From: Symbiobacteriaceae bacterium
GTDB lineage: Bacteria; Bacillota; Sulfobacillia; Symbiobacteriales; Symbiobacteriaceae
DNA: 64,000 nucleotides
Assembly (NCBI GenBank): GCA_041690255.1
Contig: JAWLHU010000008.1
Location: 255,271 to 319,270 of the forward strand
Reading direction: 5' to 3'
Below, in pieces: positions 7,874 through 16,300 of this stretch. How positions within the stretch are numbered: position 1 is the first letter of the stretch; the number at the start of each line of letters is the position of its first letter. The notes under the pieces are model-generated. The model saw nothing but the letters and a program-made list of their open reading frames with translations, ran no database searches and was not told where the DNA came from. Made by a program: the position numbers and the translations under genes.

Positions 7874-8347
7874 GTGAAGATCAAACAGGGAACCTCGCAG
7901 CAGTCTCAACAGGCGCTATACAAGCAGATGGTGACCAAGGCGGAGCCGAAGCCGCCTCGCCTGCGCAACGCCATAGCAGCCTTTCTCACCGGTGGCCTTG
8001 TGTGCCTGACCGGCGAGGGGATCACCGATTTCTGGGAGGCGACAATGGGCATAACACACAAGCAAGCGGGCGATCCGACCGTCGCGACCCTGGTCTTCCT
8101 CGGGGCGCTTCTTACGGGGCTGGGCTTCTTTGACAAGATGGCGCGCTTTGCGGGTGCAGGGCTGGCCGTTCCTGTCACAGGCTTTGCGAACGCCATGACA
8201 GCGAGTGCCCTGGAGTTCAAGCGGGAAGGCCTGGTCTTCGGCATTGGCGGGCGCATGTTTCAACTGGCCGGCGCAGTGATCGTATACGGGGTGACCACAG
8301 CCTTCTTCGTTGGTCTGTTGGCCTCCCTGTTGAAGATGTTTCGCTAG
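7874..8347 (+). CDS. spoVAC: Stage V sporulation protein AC
   Basis: GTG 7874 lies 10 nt after GGAGGTG. KNAIAAFLTGGLVCLTGEGI..., GAGLAVPVTGFANAMTASALEFKREGLVFGIGGRMF are typical SpoVAC. The track start 7700 is upstream of the terminator. Confidence 0.9.
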   Translation: MKIKQGTSQQSQQALYKQMVTKAEPKPPRLRNAIAAFLTGGLVCLTGEGITDFWEATMGITHKQAGDPTVATLVFLGALLTGLGFFDKMARFAGAGLAVPVTGFANAMTASALEFKREGLVFGIGGRMFQLAGAVIVYGVTTAFFVGLLASLLKMFR

Positions 8348-8358
8348 GAGGGGCAGCC

Positions 8359-9375
8359 GTGGCAAAGAAGCGGCTTGGCATGCAGACCGTGCAACTCGAA
8401 CAGCCGCCTGTGATCATAGGGGCGGGGTCGGCGGCAGGCCCCATGGAGGCTGAAGGTCCCCTGGGTCTGGATTTCGACCAGACGTACCCGGACCTGACCA
8501 TCGGCCAGCAGTCGTTTGAGAAGGCCGAGCGACAGATGATGATCGATGCCTGCAATCTGGCTCTGAAGAAGGCGAACCTGACCCAGAAGCCCCCACAGAT
8601 TGACTACTTTCTGGCTGGCGATCTGCTGAACCAGATCATTACCTCCAGCTTCAGTGGTCTTCAACTGGCGGTACCGTTCCTGGGGCTCTACGGGGCCTGT
8701 TCGACCTTCTGCGAGGGAATCTCGATCGGTTCGATGTTGATCGACGGCGGCTTTGCCGATAAGGTCCTCTGCGCCGCCTCCAGCCACAACGCGGCAGCCG
8801 AGCGGCAGTATCGGTATCCGACCGAGTACGGTAGTCAGCGGAGGCCCTATGCCCAGTGGACAGTGACCGGGGCTGGTGCCCTGGTCCTGGCGAGCAGCGG
8901 ACAGGGACCGCGCGTGACCCATGTAACGACTGGCAAGGTCGTCGACATGGGAATCAAGGACCCGTTTGATCAGGGCGCTGCCATGGCTCCGGCGGCGGTC
9001 GATACGATCGTCACCCACCTGAAGGACACCGGCCGAAAGGTGGATTACTACGATCTGATTGTGACCGGGGACCTGGCCCGGTTCGGCCACGAGATGGCCA
9101 TCCGGATGGCCGGCCAGCAGAACGTGGTCCTGGATGAGCGGTACAAGGATTGCGGCATGCTGGTCTTCGACCCCGAGCGGCAAGATGTCCACTCCGGTGG
9201 GAGCGGCTGCGGTTGTTCAGCCATCGTGACCGCAGGCCACCTCTTGAAGCAGATGGCGCAGGGCAAGGTGAAGAAGCTCCTGCTGGTGGCGACCGGCGCT
9301 CTGCTCTCGCCCACCACCTTTCAACAGGGTGACAATATCCCGGCAATCGCGCACGCCGTAGCATTGGAGGCATAG
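8359..9375 (+). CDS. spoVAD: Stage V sporulation protein AD
   Basis: 338 aa. GPMEAEGPL..FEKAERQMM...LAGDLLNQIITSSF...GLYGACST...AAERQYRYPTEYG, thiolase-like SpoVAD signature. Confidence 0.95.
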   Translation: MAKKRLGMQTVQLEQPPVIIGAGSAAGPMEAEGPLGLDFDQTYPDLTIGQQSFEKAERQMMIDACNLALKKANLTQKPPQIDYFLAGDLLNQIITSSFSGLQLAVPFLGLYGACSTFCEGISIGSMLIDGGFADKVLCAASSHNAAAERQYRYPTEYGSQRRPYAQWTVTGAGALVLASSGQGPRVTHVTTGKVVDMGIKDPFDQGAAMAPAAVDTIVTHLKDTGRKVDYYDLIVTGDLARFGHEMAIRMAGQQNVVLDERYKDCGMLVFDPERQDVHSGGSGCGCSAIVTAGHLLKQMAQGKVKKLLLVATGALLSPTTFQQGDNIPAIAHAVALEA

Positions 9376-9380
9376 TCCGC

Positions 9381-9731
9381 ATGATGTATCTCAAGGCGTT
9401 CATTGTGGGTGGGTTGATCTGTCTGTTAGCGCAGATGATCCTGGACAATACGAAACTGAGCCCAGGTCACGTACTTTCTGGCTTTACGGTGGCCGGCGGC
9501 CTTCTGGGCGGGCTGGGCCTGTATGACCGCTTGATCAGCTTCGCAGGGGCGGGAGCGACCGTTCCGATCTCCAGCTTCGGGAATGCCCTGGTCAAGGGCG
9601 CGCTGCAAGAGGTAAACCAGCATGGCATGCTTGGGATCCTGACCGGCATGTTCCAAATGACAAGTGCGGGCATAACCGCAGCGATTGTTTTTGCGTTCCT
9701 GACTGCGGTTACCTTCAATCCAAAAAGCTAG
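9381..9731 (+). CDS. spoVAE: Stage V sporulation protein AE (AEb type)
   Basis: 116 aa. YLKAFIVGGLICLLAQ...FAGAGATVPISSFGNALVKGA... Confidence 0.9.
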   Translation: MMYLKAFIVGGLICLLAQMILDNTKLSPGHVLSGFTVAGGLLGGLGLYDRLISFAGAGATVPISSFGNALVKGALQEVNQHGMLGILTGMFQMTSAGITAAIVFAFLTAVTFNPKS

Positions 9732-9736
9732 CGAAC

Positions 9737-9763
9737 AGGACGCCGGCGGTGAGCCGGCGTCCT
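9737..9763. terminator. Bidirectional hairpin between spoVAE and the MFS gene
   Basis: AGGACGCCGGC, loop GGTGA, GCCGGCGTCCT (11-bp perfect stem). Confidence 0.6.
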
Positions 9764-9766
9764 TCA

Positions 9767-11143
9767 TTACTGGATTGCGGCAGTGGCAGCGGTGGCGGGT
9801 GGCTCCTCCTCGACGCGGATGAGCGATCGGTTGAAGAGCTGAGCGAAGGTGAAGGCAGCAAAGACCGTTCCCAGGGTTCCGATCACTGCACCCGGGTTCA
9901 GGTAGCCACCCAGTAGGCCGGCCAGGGTAGTCGCAAGGGGGTTGGAGACCCAGGCGATCAGCCGCCGCACCGAGAAGACTCGCCCCTGCATCTCCCGAGG
10001 GGTCTTTGTCTGCCAGATCGTCTGGGAGTGGGCGTTGGTGATCGGCATGGTCAACTGGATCAGGAAGGCCGCGCCGGCGGTCAGGTAGAAGGCCGGTGAG
10101 AAGCCGTAGACGGCAAGGGATCCAGCTGTAAGCAGCATGGGGACCAGCACCCCCAGTACCCGGCGGGACTTGAGGCCGCCCCAGGCGGAGATCAGGACGC
10201 CACCGACCAAACCGCCCACACCGGCGATCGAACCGAGTTGGCCCATGGCCTGGTCGACCGAGAGGTCAAGCGCCGCCCGGGAGCCCTCCAGGTTGAACTT
10301 GACGACCATGGGCATGAGCACATTCATAGCGGCCAGGGCGAAATTGGCCATGGTGAAGGAGGCGAGGAGCCAGAGGAGCGCCGGACGCCTGAGAATAAAC
10401 GCTGCGCCCTCCTTCACATCGGCCCAGAGGCTCTTCTTGGGCATGCCTGCCGTAGGGGCCAGGTCGGCACGTTCGGGCGAGGGGATATGCACGAAGGCCA
10501 GGACAAGGGCAGCGAGCGCAAACGTGAACGCATCCACCCCGGTGACAAGGGCTGTACCGTCTGACATGCGTCCCAGGAGCGGGGCGAGCGTGCCGAAGTA
10601 CCCCTCCCGAGCCAGACCGGGCAGGGTGATCATGGCCGCTGCCAGCATGGGGGCGACAATGCCCGCGAAGGACCAGGAGGTCTGCATCATCCCGTTGGCG
10701 CGGGACAGCTTCGCCGCCGGAACCAGCATGACGTATGATGTGTCGAAGGCGGCGGAATGGAACGCGCCTGAAGCTGAGACGAGGGCGATGAGCAGGACCA
10801 GTATCCAGAGGGTAAGTGAGTCGGTGGCTACCAGCACCGTGATCACCAGCGCGATCAGGGCCTGAAACAGATCGGCCACGAGCATCGTCCGGCGCCGGTC
10901 GTACCGGTCGACAAAGGCACCGGCGATCGGTGCGAGGAAGACCGTGGGCAGACCGAAAGCCAGGCCTACGGCCGAGAGAGCGAAGCCCAACTCGGCCTTC
11001 TGCTCAGGCAGCGGATAAAGCCGCTGCGTCAGCCAGATGGTCAGGGCAAAGAAGGTCAGGGTGGAGCCGATCATCGAGACCGACTGAGTGACCCAGACGA
11101 TCAGAAAGGTGCGCCAGCCGTTGGCCGGGGTCGCATGGGTCAT
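9767..11143 (-). CDS. MFS transporter
   Basis: 458 aa, about 12 TM helices. GAFVDRYDRRRTMLVADL matches the MFS loop 2-3 motif. Confidence 0.85.
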   Translation of the reverse strand: MTHATPANGWRTFLIVWVTQSVSMIGSTLTFFALTIWLTQRLYPLPEQKAELGFALSAVGLAFGLPTVFLAPIAGAFVDRYDRRRTMLVADLFQALIALVITVLVATDSLTLWILVLLIALVSASGAFHSAAFDTSYVMLVPAAKLSRANGMMQTSWSFAGIVAPMLAAAMITLPGLAREGYFGTLAPLLGRMSDGTALVTGVDAFTFALAALVLAFVHIPSPERADLAPTAGMPKKSLWADVKEGAAFILRRPALLWLLASFTMANFALAAMNVLMPMVVKFNLEGSRAALDLSVDQAMGQLGSIAGVGGLVGGVLISAWGGLKSRRVLGVLVPMLLTAGSLAVYGFSPAFYLTAGAAFLIQLTMPITNAHSQTIWQTKTPREMQGRVFSVRRLIAWVSNPLATTLAGLLGGYLNPGAVIGTLGTVFAAFTFAQLFNRSLIRVEEEPPATAATAAIQ

Positions 11144-11146
11144 GGG

Positions 11147-12073
11147 CTATACCTCCTCGGTTTTCGGAAGGACAAAGCTCCTGAACTGGTCGGACAACTG
11201 GTCCACGCCGGTCGGGTTGAGGCTGTAGCGGGCTTCCTTGCCGACCTCGTGAATCAGCACGAGGCGGGCCGCCCGCAGCGCCACCATGTGGTGATGAACC
11301 GTGGACTTGGCCAGACGAGTTCGGTCGGTCAACTCGCTCAGGGTGAGTGAACCCTTGCCCAGGAGGCGCAGGATCCGCAGGCGGTTCTCGTCGGCGAGGG
11401 CCCGGGTCAGTCGGAGCAGGGCGAGGGGGGGATCGTCCGGATTGGCCTGTGACATATCGACGGGATAGAGTAGGATACGCAAGCCTGTGAGAGCGGATCC
11501 AACGTTCCAGGGGCTCATGTGGTACTGCGGGACCAGCAGAACCTCGGCGACCTCATCTTCAGCCAGATTGACGCCGTTGGTCGCCTCCAGTACGACCTCC
11601 TGGGCCGGCGAGCAGGCAGCCTGTGCCCGCCGGGCATTGACCTCCGCCTGGAGATGGGCCAGGATCACGGGATCGACATGTCTGAAGTACCGCTCATGCC
11701 AGACGGAGAGCGCTTCGACCAACCGGTCGCGCCAGGTGACAAGGTCCCAGGGCAGGTGGGGGGCGATCTCCTCCACATGCGGATGCATGCAGCCGTAGAG
11801 CTCACCGGGGGTCAACCCGGCCAGCCAGCAGAGAAACCCCTCCGCCCCGCCCGACGGGGATTTACGGATGAGCGGAAAGAGATGGTGCAACGCCCGCGGG
11901 TCCTTGATCGGCCTCACCAGAGCGAGTGCGTCGGGCGACAGGCGCTTCTCGACGTTGCTTCCCCAAGCGGATCCCAGGTCGATCGTCTTCCACCGCTGCC
12001 GGTCCACAAAGACGGCCAGGCTGAGTACCAATTCATAGGCAGGAGACCAATCGACTGTAAGGGAACGAATCAT
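11147..12073 (-). CDS. ArsR-family transcriptional regulator with N-terminal DUF5937-like domain
   Basis: Start ATG 12073, 7 nt after GGAGGT. C-terminal wHTH ALADENRLRILRLLGKGSLTLSELTDRTRLAKSTVHHHMVALRAARLV. Four nt upstream of the MFS gene start. Confidence 0.8.
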   Translation of the reverse strand: MIRSLTVDWSPAYELVLSLAVFVDRQRWKTIDLGSAWGSNVEKRLSPDALALVRPIKDPRALHHLFPLIRKSPSGGAEGFLCWLAGLTPGELYGCMHPHVEEIAPHLPWDLVTWRDRLVEALSVWHERYFRHVDPVILAHLQAEVNARRAQAACSPAQEVVLEATNGVNLAEDEVAEVLLVPQYHMSPWNVGSALTGLRILLYPVDMSQANPDDPPLALLRLTRALADENRLRILRLLGKGSLTLSELTDRTRLAKSTVHHHMVALRAARLVLIHEVGKEARYSLNPTGVDQLSDQFRSFVLPKTEEV

Positions 12074-12184
12074 GTATTTGACCTCCATCGAACGGAACAA
12101 TTATATTCGATGATAATCGAACGGGATCTCTTTGGCAAGAGCGGCCCCGACGTGCATAGAGTGGTGAGGCGAGGGGGGGACGTG

Positions 12185-13192
12185 ATGTACGGATTCTTTG
12201 CCCACGGTTCGGAGCCCATGGTCTGCCAGCACATTGCCGACTGGAGCCGCCAGGTGCTGGGGTATATCGACGAACTCCGCCACAAGGGGTTTGCCGGTGA
12301 GGCCCTGGAGGGGCTGCGCTCCCGGTTCACCGCGCTGGAGACCGAGGCGACCACCCTGCTCAATCCCTGGCACTGGGGGACGACCGGAGCGGGCGCTGTG
12401 GCGCGCCTTCTTGAACAGGCTCATGGGGCGCTCATGGACTTCACGCAGATGCTGCGTGAGATCGGGGGAGACGAAGCTGGGCAGGACCGGCCCGGCAGGC
12501 AAGAGGGGGGAGACGGGCAGGTAGAGCACGGTGAGCCGCCGAGGGGCGAGCGAACCGGGGTCAGGCCGGTGCCGGTCGGGGAGCACTCCCTGCCACCGCT
12601 ACCCTACGCGTACGATGCACTTGAGCCACACATTGATGCCCAGACAATGAGCCTGCATCACGACAAACACCACAAATCGTACGTCGACGGGCTGAACAAG
12701 GCGGAGCGGCAGATGGCGGAAGCCCGCCGGTCCGGTGACTTCGATCTGATCAAGCACTGGGAGCGAGAGGCAGCTTTTAACGGCGCCGGCCATTATCTGC
12801 ACACGATCTTCTGGCCGGTCATGTCACCCAATGGTGGGGGAGAGCCGACCGGTTTGGTGGCGGAACAGATCCAGCAGGACTTTGGCGGGTTCGACAAGTT
12901 CAAGGAGCACTTCTCCAAGGCGGCCGACAAGGTGGAGGGGAGCGGCTGGGCGATCTGGGTCTGGTCTCCCCGGGCCAATCGGACCGACATCCTCCAGGCG
13001 GAGAAGCATCAGAATCTGAGTCAGTGGGAGTCCATTCCGCTGCTCCCGCTGGATGTGTGGGAGCATAGCTACTATCTGAAGTACCAGAACGATCGCAAAG
13101 CATACATAGACGCCTGGTGGAACGTGGTCAACTGGCCCGAGGTGGAGAAGCGGCTGCAGCAGGCCCGGCAACTCACCTGGGAACCGTATTAA
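12185..13192 (+). CDS. Fe/Mn superoxide dismutase with ~130-aa N-terminal extension (B. subtilis SodF-like architecture)
   Basis: LPPLPYAYDALEPHIDAQTMSLHHDKHH, DLIKHWEREAAFNGAGHYLHTIFW, DVWEHSYYLKYQN. The upstream part of the 557-aa track ORF is antisense to the ArsR gene. A canonical-length start at the internal GTG near 12570 cannot be excluded. Confidence 0.85.
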   Translation: MYGFFAHGSEPMVCQHIADWSRQVLGYIDELRHKGFAGEALEGLRSRFTALETEATTLLNPWHWGTTGAGAVARLLEQAHGALMDFTQMLREIGGDEAGQDRPGRQEGGDGQVEHGEPPRGERTGVRPVPVGEHSLPPLPYAYDALEPHIDAQTMSLHHDKHHKSYVDGLNKAERQMAEARRSGDFDLIKHWEREAAFNGAGHYLHTIFWPVMSPNGGGEPTGLVAEQIQQDFGGFDKFKEHFSKAADKVEGSGWAIWVWSPRANRTDILQAEKHQNLSQWESIPLLPLDVWEHSYYLKYQNDRKAYIDAWWNVVNWPEVEKRLQQARQLTWEPY

Positions 13193-13201
13193 GTGAATGG
13201 A

Positions 13202-13235
13202 AGACCCCGACCGGTCATGCTGCCGGGCGGGGTCT
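13202..13235 (+). terminator. Hairpin after the SOD gene
   Basis: AGACCCCG (13202-13209) pairs with CGGGGTCT (13228-13235). The U-tract is poor. Confidence 0.4.
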
Positions 13236-13279
13236 GATTGCTATGCAAGATTCTCATGGAAAGAGATGGCTCAAGATTG

Positions 13280-13308
13280 TTGACAGCCGAGATCGGTCGC
13301 GCTGATAC
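13280..13308 (+). promoter_or_regulatory. Sigma-A-type promoter TTGACA-17-TGATAC
   Basis: TTGACA at 13280-13285, TGATAC at 13303-13308, about 50 nt upstream of ATG 13356. Confidence 0.45.
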
Positions 13309-13355
13309 TGAGGTGACGATACCCGTGCAAAATGACGGAATAAGGGGAAGGCCTT

Positions 13356-16300
13356 ATGATAAACCACCCGCGGACACAGTCCGGGCCAATAGCCCTCATC
13401 TGCTTCCTGCTCGCCTTCGTGCTTGCGCTTGCCCCGCAGACGGCCATGGCATCCGCTGTCCTGGACCAGTCCAATGAAGGCGTCTTGACCGGTACCGCAG
13501 GCGCCGCTGCGGACATGATCATGGCCCAGACCTTCACGCCTGCCATGTCCGGCGCCCTTACCCGTGTCCAGGTCAGCGCCAACCTCTTTATCTACGGAAC
13601 CCCTGGCCCCGGCGACCTGACCGTAGAGATACGTACGACAAGCGGCGGTCTGCCGACAGGGACGGTTCTTGGTACGGCCACCTTTCCCCAGGCCAACGTG
13701 CCTACAGGATCGAACGACTATGTCTGGGCAGACTTCAACTTCACGAACCTTATGGTGACCGCGGGCACACCCTACGCAATCGTCCTCAGGTCACCCAATC
13801 CCTCCTCGACCGGGAAGGGGTACTACCAGCTGGCATACATGGGGGGAAACCCCTACACCAATGGCCGGGGTCTCAGCTATAACCTTGGCAGTTGGAGTTC
13901 ACTTGTCAATGACGAAGCGAATGCCGAGGAGGACCTTCTCTTCCGGACATACGTAGACGTCGACGGTGGACCCAAGTCGGAGATCTCCACCCTCTCCAAC
14001 CTTGTCGCCGAGGGCAGGCTGCTCTCTCCCGCCTTCTCCCCCGGCCAGCTCAGCTACACGATCGATGTCGGCGCAAGCGACCCCCTTATCCGCTTCATGC
14101 CCACTACCACCGACCCCAACGCAGTCATTCGCATGACGGGCGGGCAGCATAACAATATCCCGATCGGTAGTGGCAGTTGGACCCCATACATTACCCTGAA
14201 TCCCGGCCCCACCACGATCACGTTCACTGTCACTGCGGAGGACGCAATTCATACCACGACATACACGGTCGTCGTGCGGCGAATGCCATCGCTTACCCTG
14301 AGCCTTTCGCCCTCATCTATCGGGTACAAGGACTCGACAACGGTGACCGCCCGGCTGACCACCGACGGCTCGGCCGCCATGACCGGCAAGACGATCAGCT
14401 TCAGCGTGAATGGACAGCCAATCGGCTCGGCCACCACGGATGCCGGCGGATACGCCAGCCTCACCTACGTAGCGGTCCAGTCGGGGTCCCCTAGTGTACA
14501 GGCGTCCTTTGCCGGCGATGCCGACTACAGCGCCACCACTGCCGTCGCGTCACTTCAGGTCAGCAAACCGGTCCTCACGGTTACGACCAACCCTGCATCC
14601 CGGATATACGGGGAGGCTAACCCGACGTTTACGGGAAGCGTCTCCGGTCTCCTGGAGGGAGATAGTGTCACCTTTGCCTATGAGACGACTGCCACGGCAG
14701 CCAGTCCTGTGGGCCAGTACAATATCACGGCGACGCCATCGGGCGATGATCAGTCCAATTATACGATCGAGTACAACCTTGGCAAGCTGACGATCGAACC
14801 GGCTACCCTGACAGTCACGGCGAACGATGCAACCCGGGCTTACGGGGCCGCCGATCCGAGCTTCGCGGGGAGCATCGACGGAACAAAGAATGAGGACGCC
14901 ATTACCGCCACCTACGCCACCACGGCGGTCAACAGCAGCCCCGTCGGCACCTATCCGATCACCGCCAACCTGAGTGACCCGGGCGGCAAACTCGGGAATT
15001 ACACGGTCTTCAACACGTCTGGCACGCTGACCATTACCAAGGCTTCGCTTGCGGTCACACCGGAGGACCTCCAGCGGGTCTATGGTTCGAGTAATCCAAC
15101 ACTGTCCGCCCAGTTCACGGGACTGCGTACCGGCGACACCGTTTCGGCGGAGCTGACCACGGCAGCGGACACGGGGAGCCTGGTTGGGACATATCCAATC
15201 ACGGTTCTTTCGCTGGATGACCCGGACATGCGGCTCTCCAACTACACGATCACCCAGAACCAGGGGACCCTGACAGTCACGCCGGCGCCCCTGGCGGTGT
15301 CGGTGGATAACCAGTCCCGGCTCTACGGTGCTCCTAACCCGGCCCTGACCGGCACGCTGACCGGCCTGGTCAACGGCGACAGCATTACGGCATCCTACAA
15401 CACAACCGCGACCGAGACGAGTGGAGTCGGTGCCTACACGATCACCGCCACTCTTAGCGATCCTGACGCCAAGTTGGGCAACTACCAGGTGACCAACACC
15501 CCCGGTACACTGCAGATCAACCCGGCCCCGGTCACCATTTTGGTGGATGATGCCAGCCGCGAGTACGGTTCGCCCGATCCATCGTTCACCGGTTCCATTA
15601 CGGGCGCTCTTAACGGCGATGCCCTTTCCGCCACCTACACCACCACTGCGACGGCTGCCAGCGCTGTTGGCAGCTATCCGATCACCGCGACCCTGAGCGG
15701 TCCGGCAGCGGGCAACTACACCGCAGCGGTGGATGATGGCAGCCTGCTCATTACGGCGGCCCATCTCACCGTCACTCCGGCGGATGCAAGACGGTTCTAC
15801 GGTGACCCCAATCCGACCTTCACTGGCAGCATGACCGGTGTCAAGAACGGTGACGCCATTACGCCCACCTACGCCACCGATGCCACCGAAACCAGCGCGA
15901 TCGGCCCCTACACGATTGCCGCAACGGTGGATGGTGCAGCGCTCTCCAATTACACTGTCTCCTATAATACCGGTGTGTTGACGGTAGACCCAGCGCCCCT
16001 GACCATCGCCCCAAATGATGCAAGCCGTCCGTATGGCGATGCGAACCCGACATTCACCGGAAGCCTTCTCGGTGTGAAGAACAGCGACATTTTCGCAGTC
16101 GAGTTCAGCACCACCGCCACCGAGACCAGCCCGGCCGGGCCCTACCCGATTGCGGCTAGCCTGAGTGGACCGGCATTGGACAACTACACGGTCAACGCCC
16201 CGACCGGGACGCTCACGATCACCGCCGCCCCGTTGACCCTTGCGGTCGAGGATGCTACCCGAGCATACGGTGATGCCAATCCGGCCTTCACCTCGACCTT

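Noticed and set aside
11519-12184. N-terminal 222 codons of the 557-aa plus-strand ORF
   Set aside because: This part is antisense to the ArsR/DUF5937 gene, which has a clear wHTH. The SOD homology and plausible SD-less ATG/GTG begin only at 12182-12185.
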